Positions 52,475 through 62,087 of a stretch of 64,000 nucleotides of DNA are shown here, in pieces. The notes under the pieces are model-generated. The model did not search any database. It was given only the letters and a program-made list of their open reading frames with translations, and had not been told where the DNA came from. The DNA lies in NCBI GenBank assembly GCA_051859245.1, contig JBHYGA010000010.1, positions 22,798 through 86,797 of the forward strand, read 5' to 3'. Position 1 is the stretch's first letter. The number at the start of each line of letters is the position of its first letter. The position numbers and the translations under genes were made by a program. This DNA comes from Gemmatimonadaceae bacterium (GTDB lineage: Bacteria > Gemmatimonadota > Gemmatimonadetes > Gemmatimonadales > Gemmatimonadaceae).

Positions 52475-53928
52475 CGCGTCAGCGCCTCGGCCAGAATCGC
52501 CTTGAGCTGATCTCTGAGCCGCGCCGTCTCCGCTTCAGCCGCATTCAGCGCCGCGAGCAACGCTTCCGGATCACCATGATCATCCGCGACCGTGTGCGGA
52601 TTCTTGATATCCAAATTGTATCCGCGCGCTTTCACCTCATCGGCGGTCACCTTCCACGCCTGCTCCGTCTCCACGCGCTTCACACGCTTGGCACCGCCCC
52701 ACCATTCCACGCACGACGCGAAATGCTCCACGCGAATCGGCTTCGTCATGGAATACGCCTTCTGCCCCTCGGGCACACGGTGCTCGTAGAACCAGATGTC
52801 TTTGGTGGGCGTGCCTTTTTCAAAGAACAGCAAGTTCGTACCGATGCTCGCGTACGGCTTGAACACACTGTTGGGCAGCCGCACAATCGTGTGGAGGTTG
52901 CACTCTTCTAGCAGCGCTTCTTTCAATCGTGCTTTCACGCCTTCGCCAAACAGGCTGCCGTCAGGCAACACCACCGCCGCACGTCCGCCTTGTTTGAGCA
53001 AACGAATAAACAGCGCCAGAAACAAGTCCGCTGTTTCCTTGGTGCGAAAGTGAGCCGGAAAGTTGGACTCAATACCATCTTCCTCTCGGCCACCAAACGG
53101 CGGGTTCGCGAGAATGATGTCCACACGATCCTTTTGCTCCCAACTGATGTACGGCCGAGCAAGTGTATTGTCGTGTTTTACGAAGCCGGGATCTTCAATA
53201 CCGTGCAGCAGCATGTTGGTCACACACAACATGTGCGGCAGCGGCTTCTTCTCCACCGCGCGCAATCCTGACTGCAACAGCGCTTCCTGCTTGACCGTTT
53301 TCACGTAGCGGTCACGCATGTGGCGAATGGCACAGGTGAGAAATCCACCCGTGCCACACGCCGGGTCAAACAGCGTTTCACCCGGATGCGGATCAATGCG
53401 ATCCACCATGAACGCCGTGACCGCGCGTGGCGTGTAGTACTCCCCCGCGTTGCCTGCATTCTGCAGATCGTTCAGCAGTTGTTCATACACTTCGCCAAAG
53501 TGCTTTCGCTCGGCGAGGTCGTTGAAATCCACACTATTGATCTTGTTCACCACCTGGCGCATCAGGTGGCCGCTCTTCATGTAGTTGTACGCGTCTTCAA
53601 ACAGACTGCGAATCACGCGGGCGCGATTGGCGCTGGCGCCACGCAGTGGTAGCTCTTTCAGCGCCGGAAACAGGTCAACGTTCACAAACTCCATGAGTGC
53701 ATCGCCCGTGATGCCTTCCGGGTTCGCCGCCCACGCACGCCACTGGAACTTCTTTGGGATCGGCGAGCGATAGCCATCCTGCATGGCCTCAAGCTGCTGA
53801 TCCTGATCGTCAATGATCTTGAGAAAAAACATCCAGCACAGCTGCGACAATCGCTGCGCGTCTCCATCCACGCCAACGTCCTGGCGCATCAGGTCCTGAA
53901 TAGATTTTACCGTAGTACGAGCTGACAT
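52471..53928 (-). CDS. hsdM: Type I R-M N6-adenine methyltransferase
   Basis: GEYYTPR, DPACGTGGF and NPPF. Confidence 0.97.
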   Translation of the reverse strand: MSARTTVKSIQDLMRQDVGVDGDAQRLSQLCWMFFLKIIDDQDQQLEAMQDGYRSPIPKKFQWRAWAANPEGITGDALMEFVNVDLFPALKELPLRGASANRARVIRSLFEDAYNYMKSGHLMRQVVNKINSVDFNDLAERKHFGEVYEQLLNDLQNAGNAGEYYTPRAVTAFMVDRIDPHPGETLFDPACGTGGFLTCAIRHMRDRYVKTVKQEALLQSGLRAVEKKPLPHMLCVTNMLLHGIEDPGFVKHDNTLARPYISWEQKDRVDIILANPPFGGREEDGIESNFPAHFRTKETADLFLALFIRLLKQGGRAAVVLPDGSLFGEGVKARLKEALLEECNLHTIVRLPNSVFKPYASIGTNLLFFEKGTPTKDIWFYEHRVPEGQKAYSMTKPIRVEHFASCVEWWGGAKRVKRVETEQAWKVTADEVKARGYNLDIKNPHTVADDHGDPEALLAALNAAEAETARLRDQLKAILAEALTR

Positions 53929-53931
53929 GAG

Positions 53932-56397
53932 TTACGCGGATTCCTGTTGCTGATCGGGCGCATAAAGCGCGTGCTGCAATTCGTGCACGGCCTGCTCAAA
54001 CCCGGCCTTGTTGCCAAACTGCTTGATGAGTTGCAACGGAGTTCCCATTGCACTGAACGGCGGGATCTCCAGCACTTTGATGTTGTCGAGATCCGATACC
54101 ACACCTTCGTCGCGATACTTCTCAAGCAGTGCCTCAAGCACCGTGCGCGCCTGCGCTCCGTACTTGGCGAATACATCGCGCTTGAGCACATTGGTTGCCC
54201 GTTCGCGTCGACTGCGCGGCGGTTGATCAAAAGCGATGTGGCAGATCAGATCGAACGGATCAAGATCTTTTCCCACTTCGTCCTGTAGCGGCTCCAGTAG
54301 CAGCCCTTCCTCCGCCAACTCGGCAATCACACTCTCCTTACGTTCGGCGCTGCGCCACCGGCGCAGGAACTCATCGAGACTCGTAAAGTGCTTGCGAATG
54401 GTTTTGCGGCTGTAGTCGCGCAGCGATTCCGTCACCAGCTTGCCCGCATCATCGAGGTATTCGACGCGTTCAAGCACCACGGTGACCGCTCGCTCCTTCA
54501 CGTAGAACTTGGCCGGCCGTATCCCGCCCGTCGGTGGCGGATAAACCACGTCTGGATTCACGACAATCGTCTCGTCGTCGCCCGGCTCGGAGTTTGTTGC
54601 CGAGCTGCCGTCAACCGGATTGATCAGCACGTCGTCCGGCGGCACCGGCGGATCGTGTTCATCCGGCTCGTAAATCTGCACCGGATCGCCGTCAAAGTCC
54701 GGATCGGCAAAGTGATTGGTAGCCTTCCGAAAATCGACCAATGTGAAGTAGTACTTTTGCGTGTCTTCGTGCACGCGCGTGCCGCGACCAACGATCTGCT
54801 TGAACTCCGTCATGGAGCCCACTTCACGGTCGAGCACAATCAGGCGACACGTCTGCGCGTCAACACCGGTTGAGAGCAAACGCGACGTGGTCACCAGCAC
54901 GGGGTAGCGACTCTCGGGATCAATGAAGTTGCCGAGCTGCGCTGCACCTTCGGCGTCATCACCGGTGATACGCATAACGTACTTCGCATTCTGCTGTACG
55001 AGGTCGGCGTTCTCGTTGATGAGCGCTCGCCTCATGCGGGCCGCGTGCTCCGTGTCCACGCAGAACACGATTGTTTTCTGAAACCGGTCGCCACTCTGCT
55101 TGAGATATTCCGAGATCCAGTGGGCCACACGCTGCGTGCGTTCGTCGATCACCAGCGTGCGATCAAAGTCCTTCTCGTTGTAGATGCGATCGTCGATCGT
55201 GTGGCCGAACTTGTCTGTTTCGCCCGCAGTTGGACGGTAGCCCTGGACATCCACGTCGAGATGCACCTTGATGACCTTGTACGGCGCGAGAAAACCGTCA
55301 CTGATGCCCTGCTTGAGCGAGTACGTGTACACCGGCGCGCCAAAGTAGTGGATGTTGCTGACGTACTCGGTTTCCTTGGGCGTAGCCGTGAGCCCGATCT
55401 GGGTGGCGTTCTTGAAGTACGCGAGAATTTCGCGCCACGCCGAATCTTCGGCGGCGCTTCCGCGATGGCACTCGTCGATCACAATGAGATCGAAAAAGTC
55501 GGGTGAAAACTCGCGGAACAACTTCTGTCGCTCTTCCGGACCGGTGATGGCCTGATAAAGGCCGAGGTAAATCTCGTAGGCCGTGTCGACGCGACGTTTT
55601 TTGTCGATCGCGAGCGGGACAGCCACTTCGCTGCCATCAGCACGCTCGATGGTTTTGCTCGATGTGCTGAGCTTGGCCATGGCGGGGCCGAACGGTCGGA
55701 AGTCGTTCACCATCGTCTGGTCGATCAACACATTCCGATCGGCGAGGAACAGAATGCGCTTTTTCTGCCCCGCCTTCCACAACCGCCAGATGATCTGAAA
55801 AGCGGTGTACGTTTTGCCGGTGCCGGTGGCCATGACCAGCAGAATACGATTCTGCCCCTTGGATATTGCTTCGATTGTGGCGTTGATTGCGTTGCGCTGG
55901 TAATAGCGCGGCTCTTTGCCACCACCGTCGTCGTAGTAGTCCTGCAGCACCACGGCCGCTTGCGCAGGCTTGAGCCCCTTCCACGCCTGATAACGCGACC
56001 ACAGCTCTTCCGGGCCTGGAAAATCGGCCAAGCCCAGCGTCTTCTCAATCAGCGTACTCTGGCCAGTACGGTCGTGGAACACAAAGCCGGAGCCGTTAGA
56101 CGCGAAGACGTACGGAATGTCGAGCGTGGCGGCGTAGTCGAGCGCCTGCTGCATGCCCGCGCCAACCGAATACGATGGATCCTTGGCCTCAATCAGCGCG
56201 ATCGGCAGGTGCTTGTAGTACAGCACGTAGTCGGCGCGCTTGGCTTTGCCGCGCGTGACGAGCCGGCCGCGCACAATGATGCGCCCTTTCGTAAAGCTGA
56301 GCTCTTCCCGGACCTGCGTGTGGATGTCCCAACCAGCGGCGTCGAGCGCAGGCGTGATGAACTTGGTGCAGACGTCGCGTTCGCTGAGTTTTGCCAT
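53932..56397 (-). CDS. hsdR: Type I R-M restriction subunit (EcoAI/EcoEI-like, ~820 aa)
   Basis: ADYVL..IEAK nuclease, MATGTGKT, DECHRG, QIVGRGTR and an EcoEI-type C-terminus. Confidence 0.97.
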   Translation of the reverse strand: MAKLSERDVCTKFITPALDAAGWDIHTQVREELSFTKGRIIVRGRLVTRGKAKRADYVLYYKHLPIALIEAKDPSYSVGAGMQQALDYAATLDIPYVFASNGSGFVFHDRTGQSTLIEKTLGLADFPGPEELWSRYQAWKGLKPAQAAVVLQDYYDDGGGKEPRYYQRNAINATIEAISKGQNRILLVMATGTGKTYTAFQIIWRLWKAGQKKRILFLADRNVLIDQTMVNDFRPFGPAMAKLSTSSKTIERADGSEVAVPLAIDKKRRVDTAYEIYLGLYQAITGPEERQKLFREFSPDFFDLIVIDECHRGSAAEDSAWREILAYFKNATQIGLTATPKETEYVSNIHYFGAPVYTYSLKQGISDGFLAPYKVIKVHLDVDVQGYRPTAGETDKFGHTIDDRIYNEKDFDRTLVIDERTQRVAHWISEYLKQSGDRFQKTIVFCVDTEHAARMRRALINENADLVQQNAKYVMRITGDDAEGAAQLGNFIDPESRYPVLVTTSRLLSTGVDAQTCRLIVLDREVGSMTEFKQIVGRGTRVHEDTQKYYFTLVDFRKATNHFADPDFDGDPVQIYEPDEHDPPVPPDDVLINPVDGSSATNSEPGDDETIVVNPDVVYPPPTGGIRPAKFYVKERAVTVVLERVEYLDDAGKLVTESLRDYSRKTIRKHFTSLDEFLRRWRSAERKESVIAELAEEGLLLEPLQDEVGKDLDPFDLICHIAFDQPPRSRRERATNVLKRDVFAKYGAQARTVLEALLEKYRDEGVVSDLDNIKVLEIPPFSAMGTPLQLIKQFGNKAGFEQAVHELQHALYAPDQQQESA

Positions 56398-56678
56398 CAG
56401 TGACGCTCCGTCATTTCTCTGGCTCCAGATATGTTGGGCGCTGCTGTTTCACAAACCGGACGGCATCGCGACATCGAGGAGGGAAGAAGCATGCGGGAAG
56501 ATACTGCGCGGTGCAGGCTCGCGGGCGCCGGCTCCCAACGCCGGTAGATCGAACGATATACCTGCGGGCCAGTCGTCTGGCAGACGCGTGCGTCGGTTAC
56601 ATCCTGCATCATCGGCTGGCAATGAGGCCAGCGGTTGACGCACACGCGTCGACTACCCCATCACATGGAGTTCGGCGC

Positions 56679-57062
56679 ATGAACCGTGACACCAAGTTTC
56701 CCGGCGCGACGCTTGTACTCGAGCCCAGCGCGCAGCAGTGGGCGGACTTTCCGATTCCCGGTCACACGGGGCGTCTTGATGCCACGTTTCTGAATCGTGA
56801 TCTCGCCGTGGGACCGATTATGGCTGCGCTTCGGCTGGCGCCCGGTGCGCGGATTCCCGCGCATTATCACGAACGCACCAGCGAGACATTTCTCGTCACC
56901 GAAGGTGAGTTTGTGAACGCGGGCGTGACGTATGGACCCGGCGCATTCTTCGCCGTGCGCCCCGGCGATGTGCACGGACCGCACGAATCACCCAAAGGGT
57001 GCACGCTGATTTTTGTGCAGGCCGTCGAGGTCGATCCGACGGACTTTCACATCGCCGAGTGA
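56679..57062 (+). CDS. ChrR-like cupin protein
   Basis: LAPGARIPAHYH..SETF and GDVHGPHESPKGC. Confidence 0.85.
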   Translation: MNRDTKFPGATLVLEPSAQQWADFPIPGHTGRLDATFLNRDLAVGPIMAALRLAPGARIPAHYHERTSETFLVTEGEFVNAGVTYGPGAFFAVRPGDVHGPHESPKGCTLIFVQAVEVDPTDFHIAE

Positions 57063-57073
57063 GTCACGCTCCG

Positions 57074-57469
57074 ATGACAAACCCTACCCTCGCGTCCGTC
57101 CCGAACGACATTCCGGATCTGGTACTCACGCCCGCCGATCTGCCGTTCGTACCGTTTAATATTCCCGGCTTCAGTGGCGACACACGCGCAGCATTTCCGA
57201 ATATGGATCTCTCGCGCGCACCGTTCATTGCGTTACTCACCATGGCGCCTGGTGCGTTGCTCAAGAAGCACTATCATCAGCGCGCGACCGAGGCCGTGTA
57301 CGTTGTATCCGGCACCATGATCAACGCGGGTGTTGCACTGCCGACCGGTTCCTTTCTCGTACACGCGCCTGGCACGTGGCACGGACCACAAACCACCGAG
57401 ACGGGATGCACGCTGATGTTCATTCAATCACCCGGCGTCGGGCCGGACGACAGCGTGTTTGTGGATTGA
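57074..57469 (+). CDS. ChrR-like cupin protein (tandem paralog)
   Basis: MAPGALLKKHYH..TEAV and GTWHGPQTTETGC. Confidence 0.85.
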   Translation: MTNPTLASVPNDIPDLVLTPADLPFVPFNIPGFSGDTRAAFPNMDLSRAPFIALLTMAPGALLKKHYHQRATEAVYVVSGTMINAGVALPTGSFLVHAPGTWHGPQTTETGCTLMFIQSPGVGPDDSVFVD

Positions 57470-57486
57470 TGGTGCTTCGCTCGTGG

Positions 57487-58002
57487 TCAAGCAGAGTCTT
57501 CAAGATCACGCGTCATCTCCACCATCGTCCGGCGAAACCCAGCGCGCGCAAACAGCTGCTGCGCACCCACGTTGCGTTCGGCTGTTGAAAGCACAACCTG
57601 CCGCACATCGCGCGCGGTAAGCGCCTCCATCACCGCGTCGAGCAGTAGTTGCCCGACACCATGACCGCGATGTTGCGCATCAACAATGATATCCTGCAGC
57701 ACACCGGCAGGGCCGCGCAGCGACATGTAGTCGTAGCCCTCAACGGTGGCGTACGCATAACCAATCACGTCTCCGTTGATCTCGGCGACCAGTAACACCA
57801 CGTCGTCGTCATGTAACTGACTGAGCAGAAAATCTGCGTAGTCGGTGGGCGTGCGATCACGCGCCGGCAGAAAGCGCTTTGCATCGAATGCGTGATGCAC
57901 CGCAACGAGCAGTGCGCCAAGTCGGCCGAGGCGTGGCAGGTCGGCGCTCGTAGCGGCGCGTATCACGGGTTGGTCGTCGCGAGAATCGCGTTGTGCGTGC
58001 AT
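57487..58002 (-). CDS. GNAT family N-acetyltransferase
   Basis: IRAAT, VDAQHRGHGVGQLLL and NVGAQQLFARAGF. Confidence 0.92.
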   Translation of the reverse strand: MHAQRDSRDDQPVIRAATSADLPRLGRLGALLVAVHHAFDAKRFLPARDRTPTDYADFLLSQLHDDDVVLLVAEINGDVIGYAYATVEGYDYMSLRGPAGVLQDIIVDAQHRGHGVGQLLLDAVMEALTARDVRQVVLSTAERNVGAQQLFARAGFRRTMVEMTRDLEDSA

Positions 58003-58219
58003 GGTCGCGTTAATGCCGTGTTGCTTCGTGGCAGTGCCGCGAAGAGGAGTTTTCCCTGTCTCCGAAATCAATACGCGGCGAGTCGCCAGAGAGATGTACT
58101 GCAATAGGTCGGTAGTCGGAGTCCTGAAGAATCTGCGCGTTGCGAAGAGCGGTCGCAACGCGTCTTTCCACGACATCGCTCCCATAAGCGTACGCTTGAG
58201 CATCTCGAATACACATTCA

Positions 58220-58516
58220 GTGCAAACCATTTCGGAATACAATCTGGTAGAGCCGTCCGAGCCTGACGCTCGGGCGGCGTTGCAGCGCGTGTTCGGTGCC
58301 GCCGACGGAGAGTCCCGGTGGTTGCAGGCGTGCGCCGAGGCCGGGCTGCGGTCCGGCCTCGTGCGTCCGGGCGACGAGCTCGAACGAGCGGCGACCGCGT
58401 TAAGTCTGCAGGGCGGCGCAACGGCAGCCGTGGCCCGCTCCATTCTCATTCGCATGCGCACGTTCTATCGTATCGCGTCGCGCCTCGACAACACTTTTGC
58501 ACGAGCCAGCTCATGA
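58220..58516 (+). CDS. Small helical hypothetical protein coupled to the GAF gene
   Basis: PSEPDARAALQRVFG..W...ARSILIRMRTF; ATGA overlap with the next gene. Confidence 0.75.
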   Translation: MQTISEYNLVEPSEPDARAALQRVFGAADGESRWLQACAEAGLRSGLVRPGDELERAATALSLQGGATAAVARSILIRMRTFYRIASRLDNTFARASS

Positions 58517-59013
58517 GCGCCGATCCATTGTACGCCATGCAGCGCTTGCAGGAGATTGCCGATCTTGATTTGCTCTCGGGCGACGTCGACCCGATTCTGC
58601 AAGACGTGGCAGCGCAGGCCGCCGCGCAACTCTCGCTGCCCGTATCGCTGATCAGCGTTGTGCTGGATGAAGCGCTTCACGTGGCCGCATCACACGGCCT
58701 TGATGGCCTCTGGCTCGGCGAAACGCGTGGACATCCCGTGGAGTGGTCATTCTGCGCAACATCCGTGCGAACACGAGAGGCCTACGTGGTAGAAAGCGCG
58801 ATGCGCGATCCATACCACAGCACGAACCCACTCGTGGTACAGGACGGCGTGCGGTGCTACGCCGGCGTCCCGCTGATTTCGTCACGCGGGTTTGTGCTGG
58901 GCAATCTGTGTGTAGTTGGCTTGGATGAGCGGCAGTTCACGGACCAAGAGCTCGGCAGCTTGCGCGAGTTGGCAGCATTGGCGGTCCAGCGGATTGAGGC
59001 GCGGCGCGCTTAA
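58513..59013 (+). CDS. Stand-alone GAF domain protein
   Basis: LPVSLISVV, WSFCA, NPLV..GVRCYAGVPL and LGNLCV. Confidence 0.9.
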   Translation: MSADPLYAMQRLQEIADLDLLSGDVDPILQDVAAQAAAQLSLPVSLISVVLDEALHVAASHGLDGLWLGETRGHPVEWSFCATSVRTREAYVVESAMRDPYHSTNPLVVQDGVRCYAGVPLISSRGFVLGNLCVVGLDERQFTDQELGSLRELAALAVQRIEARRA

Positions 59014-59109
59014 CAGGCGCAACTGCACCGTCCGCTAGCATCTGGAGTAAACCGCGATCGCGCAGCGTCCCGAGGCTTCCGCGTCATCGTGCTGCGAAAA
59101 CCGGCCTCG

Positions 59110-59496
59110 TCACCACGACAGCAACTCGAGTCTGGCAATATCGCTGAAATCGTCCGCGTTCAGCGTTACCAGCGTCGCACGATGGACGAGCGCCTGTGCC
59201 GCGATCATCCGGTCAAGGATCTTGCGCCGCGAGTATCCCGCGTGCGCAACAATCGATCCATACACATCGGCCGCAGCGGAGTCGAAGGCGAGTGTGGGGA
59301 TGGCGCCAAGAACTACATCGAGTCGCGCACGGCGAATCGTGGCATTCGCCGGATCACGATACACGCCGCCCTCGAGTTCCACTCGCGTAATGACGGACAT
59401 GAGCACCGCGCCATCGAGCGACGCCACGCGATCAATCATCGCGCGATCGCCGTCCCGGAGATGAATCACCACGTTCGTGTCGAGTAACCAGGCCAC
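59110..59496 (-). CDS. vapC: VapC PIN-domain toxin
   Basis: WLLDTNVVI, TRVELEGG, DRMIAAQAL and VTLNADDF. Confidence 0.93.
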   Translation of the reverse strand: MAWLLDTNVVIHLRDGDRAMIDRVASLDGAVLMSVITRVELEGGVYRDPANATIRRARLDVVLGAIPTLAFDSAAADVYGSIVAHAGYSRRKILDRMIAAQALVHRATLVTLNADDFSDIARLELLSW

Positions 59497-59506
59497 GTTG
59501 TTACCG

Positions 59507-59746
59507 CTACAGCCCGGGTCGTTCCGGCAACTCTGCCACGTCGCGGTTCTCAATCTCGGATGGCGCGGGCAACTCGTTCAAACGTGCCGCCATCTCGGTG
59601 AGCGTCATGCCGGCGGGATAGACGGTGAGCACGTCACCAGAACGTACGATCACGAGCTCGATGTCTTCACCGAACGCGACGTCTTTGGGAAGACGCAGCG
59701 CCTCGCTGTTTCCACTGCGAAAGGTGCGACTGCGGGCGATGGTCAT
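59507..59746 (-). CDS. vapB: VapB AbrB/MazE-type antitoxin
   Basis: RTFRSGNSEALRLPK. Confidence 0.92.
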   Translation of the reverse strand: MTIARSRTFRSGNSEALRLPKDVAFGEDIELVIVRSGDVLTVYPAGMTLTEMAARLNELPAPSEIENRDVAELPERPGL

Positions 59747-59763
59747 GAAGCGCTCCCGTAAAG

Positions 59764-59780
59764 GATATACGTGTATATAC
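59764..59780. promoter_or_regulatory. Putative VapBC operator
   Basis: ATATAC-GT-GTATAT palindrome just upstream of the vapB RBS. Confidence 0.6.
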
Positions 59781-59825
59781 ACATCGCCAACACCGTCCGC
59801 AAGGCTGAACCGCAGTCGCGCAGAC

Positions 59826-60578
59826 TCACTGCGCCAAATACGCCCCATCGAGCGGGTAGTACGCACCCGTCGCAAAACTCGCGCGATCACTGCTGAGCCA
59901 CACGACCAACTCCGCGACCTCTTCCGCGCGGCCCAGACGACCAATCGGATGCAGCGCCACCAGTGCATCGCGCGCTTCCTGCGGCATCGATTCGAGCAAC
60001 GGCGTGTCGATATACGCTGGACCCACCGCGTTGATGCGAATGCCTTGCGACGCGTAGTCGAGCGCGGCGGCGCGTGTGAGACCAACCACGCCGTGCTTTG
60101 CGGCCACGTAGCCGGCGGCATTCGCACTGCCCACCTGTCCGAGGATTGACGCGATGTTCACAATCGCACCACCGCCCGCGGTCAACAAATGCGGAATCTG
60201 CGCGTGCATCGCGTAAAACACGCCAGACAAGTTGACGTCAATCACGTTTCTCCAGCCCGCAACGCTCAGATCACCAACCGGATTCAGCTCACCGCCAATA
60301 CCGGCATTGTTCACCGCAATGTGCAGCGGACCAAACTGTGAGACCGCCGACTGCACCAGAGCTTCGTGATCTTCCGGCTTTGACGCATCGGCGCGCACGA
60401 ACGACGCGCGTGCCGCTGGTGTGGCCTGTTGAATCAACTGCACCGTTTCAATCCCATCGGCTTCGACGATATCAGACACGATCACCCGTGCGCCTTCTCT
60501 CGCGAATGCCAGCGCGATCGCTCGTCCAATTCCAGAACCTGCGCCTGTGACGATTGCGTTCTTGTCTTGTAGCATCAT
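59826..60578 (-). CDS. SDR family oxidoreductase
   Basis: TGAGSGIG, NNAG, YVAAK and DGAY. Confidence 0.95.
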   Translation of the reverse strand: MMLQDKNAIVTGAGSGIGRAIALAFAREGARVIVSDIVEADGIETVQLIQQATPAARASFVRADASKPEDHEALVQSAVSQFGPLHIAVNNAGIGGELNPVGDLSVAGWRNVIDVNLSGVFYAMHAQIPHLLTAGGGAIVNIASILGQVGSANAAGYVAAKHGVVGLTRAAALDYASQGIRINAVGPAYIDTPLLESMPQEARDALVALHPIGRLGRAEEVAELVVWLSSDRASFATGAYYPLDGAYLAQ

Positions 60579-60669
60579 GATGCACTCCTGTTGGTGATGA
60601 GTGTTTCCGTACACCTCAGCGCGTTGTGCGCATTGATTGTTGTGTGATCTTTTCACAACGGATGTCGAG

Positions 60670-61155
60670 TCACGACATCTGGGCCAGCGACGGATTGCGA
60701 CGAACGTCGCGTGTTTCCGCCGCGGATCGCGTGGTGAGTTTGCGCGCAATCACTGCGTCAACCGACCACGCACCCGCACCCACCAGGCTCAGTGCGGCAG
60801 CCGCGCCAAAGAGCAGGCCCACAAATTCGTAGCCGTTCGGCAGGAAAAATCCGCTGGGCCAATGCACCAATAGCACGGCGCCGAGCATATCAGCGGCGAG
60901 CCCAGCCGCGATTGGCCGAACCAGCAAGCCGGCGATCAACGCCAGTCCGCCAAAGAACTCCAGCAGGGCAACAGCTGGACCGGCAATCGAAGCCATCGGT
61001 ATGCCCATGCCTTCGAAGGCGCCGGTAACGCCGGCAAATCCGTAGACGAACAGCTTTTGCCCGCCGTGCACGGCAAAGACGGAGCCGGTCACGATTCGCA
61101 GCAGGGCCAGACCGGCGTCGAGCTGCCGAGGGGAGGTGGCGTTGAACACACGCAT
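60670..61155 (-). CDS. DoxX family membrane protein
   Basis: LLRIVTG..FAVHGGQK, EFFGG and GAGAWSVD. Confidence 0.92.
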   Translation of the reverse strand: MRVFNATSPRQLDAGLALLRIVTGSVFAVHGGQKLFVYGFAGVTGAFEGMGIPMASIAGPAVALLEFFGGLALIAGLLVRPIAAGLAADMLGAVLLVHWPSGFFLPNGYEFVGLLFGAAAALSLVGAGAWSVDAVIARKLTTRSAAETRDVRRNPSLAQMS

Positions 61156-61224
61156 GGGAGTTCTCCTTGAAAGAGCGGTGATGTACGGTGAATGGAACGG
61201 AGGAATACTGTGTTGCACTGCTTA

Positions 61225-61236
61225 GTGTTACAACAC
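61225..61236. promoter_or_regulatory. Putative MarR operator upstream of doxX
   Basis: GTGTT-AC-AACAC. Confidence 0.65.
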
Positions 61237-61254
61237 CCAATTGACCAAAAAAAC

Positions 61255-61722
61255 TCAGCTTCCACTGCGAGCGAGTGCCAGCAACCGCAGCAGCTCGCGA
61301 AGCTCGTCTTCATTAAGCTGCTCGAACTGACGGCTGTCTTCGCGATCCACGGGTTCGTCCAGCTGATCAACCAATGCCCGGCCCCGCTCCGTGAGCCTCG
61401 TCGACACGAGGCGGCGATCTTCGGAGCCGCGTTCGCGCGCCACGAGTCCAGCGTCTTCCATACGGTCGAGCAGTCGCGTGACATCGGGCATCCGCGTCAC
61501 CAGCCGATCCCGGATCTCATTGCGACAGAGTCCCTCGTCTCCCGCCCCACGCAGAATCCGCAACACGTTGTACTGCGTGGAGCTGACGTCGAAAGGTTTG
61601 AGCACCCGATCGAGCCGCTCCGACAGCACAGCCGCGGTGCGGATCACGCTGACATGGGCTTCCTGCGCCAGGTTGCTGAATGGCTTGGTCTGGCGCAGTT
61701 CGGTGACGAGTTCAGTGGGCAT
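61255..61722 (-). CDS. MarR family regulator (paralog of 22077-22556)
   Basis: QYNVLRILRGA, PDVTRLLDRME and EDRRLV. Confidence 0.93.
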   Translation of the reverse strand: MPTELVTELRQTKPFSNLAQEAHVSVIRTAAVLSERLDRVLKPFDVSSTQYNVLRILRGAGDEGLCRNEIRDRLVTRMPDVTRLLDRMEDAGLVARERGSEDRRLVSTRLTERGRALVDQLDEPVDREDSRQFEQLNEDELRELLRLLALARSGS

Positions 61723-61727
61723 AGTGA

Positions 61728-61756
61728 ACTATAGGTGTTATAACACCAAGTGTCAA
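61728..61756 (-). promoter_or_regulatory. Near-consensus promoter with operator in the spacer (leaderless)
   Basis: TTGACA-N17-TATAGT-N5-ATG; perfect palindrome GGTGTTATAACACC at 61734-61747. Confidence 0.8.
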
Positions 61757-61761
61757 CCCTC

Positions 61762-62025
61762 CTACTCGCTGGCGTCGTCCGTGCTGCCCTTTTCTTTGGC
61801 CAGACGCGACTTCTCGCTTTTCTGCTCGGCGTCGTCGTGCTGCTCGCGCTTTTCAAACAGACGATCCTTACCCGCGTCATCATGCCGCGCGATCTTCTCC
61901 GGATCATGCCCCGGGCCGCTGCCGTGCTTTTCTTCAATCGCGGCGGCGGCCGCCTTGGCTTCATCGGCTTCGTGCGTGAGCTTCTTGTCGCTCGCGCTGT
62001 GTTTGTAGTCGGTTCCGTCACTCAT
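61762..62025 (-). CDS. Small highly charged hydrophilic protein
   Basis: 87 aa rich in D/E/K/H/A; fills the intergenic gap. Confidence 0.65.
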   Translation of the reverse strand: MSDGTDYKHSASDKKLTHEADEAKAAAAAIEEKHGSGPGHDPEKIARHDDAGKDRLFEKREQHDDAEQKSEKSRLAKEKGSTDDASE

Positions 62026-62087
62026 TGAATGCTCGTGGCTGTGGGATTCGATCGAACTCGTACCGTTCGTACCCGACAGTGTGGCAA

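Noticed and set aside
56476..56547. Strong GAGGAGG followed by an 18-codon ORF (MREDTARCRLAGAGSQRR)
   Set aside because: Too short and featureless to support.
59110..59780. vapBC as part of the defence block
   Set aside because: It is a canonical type II TA pair lying outside the GNAT-bounded interval.
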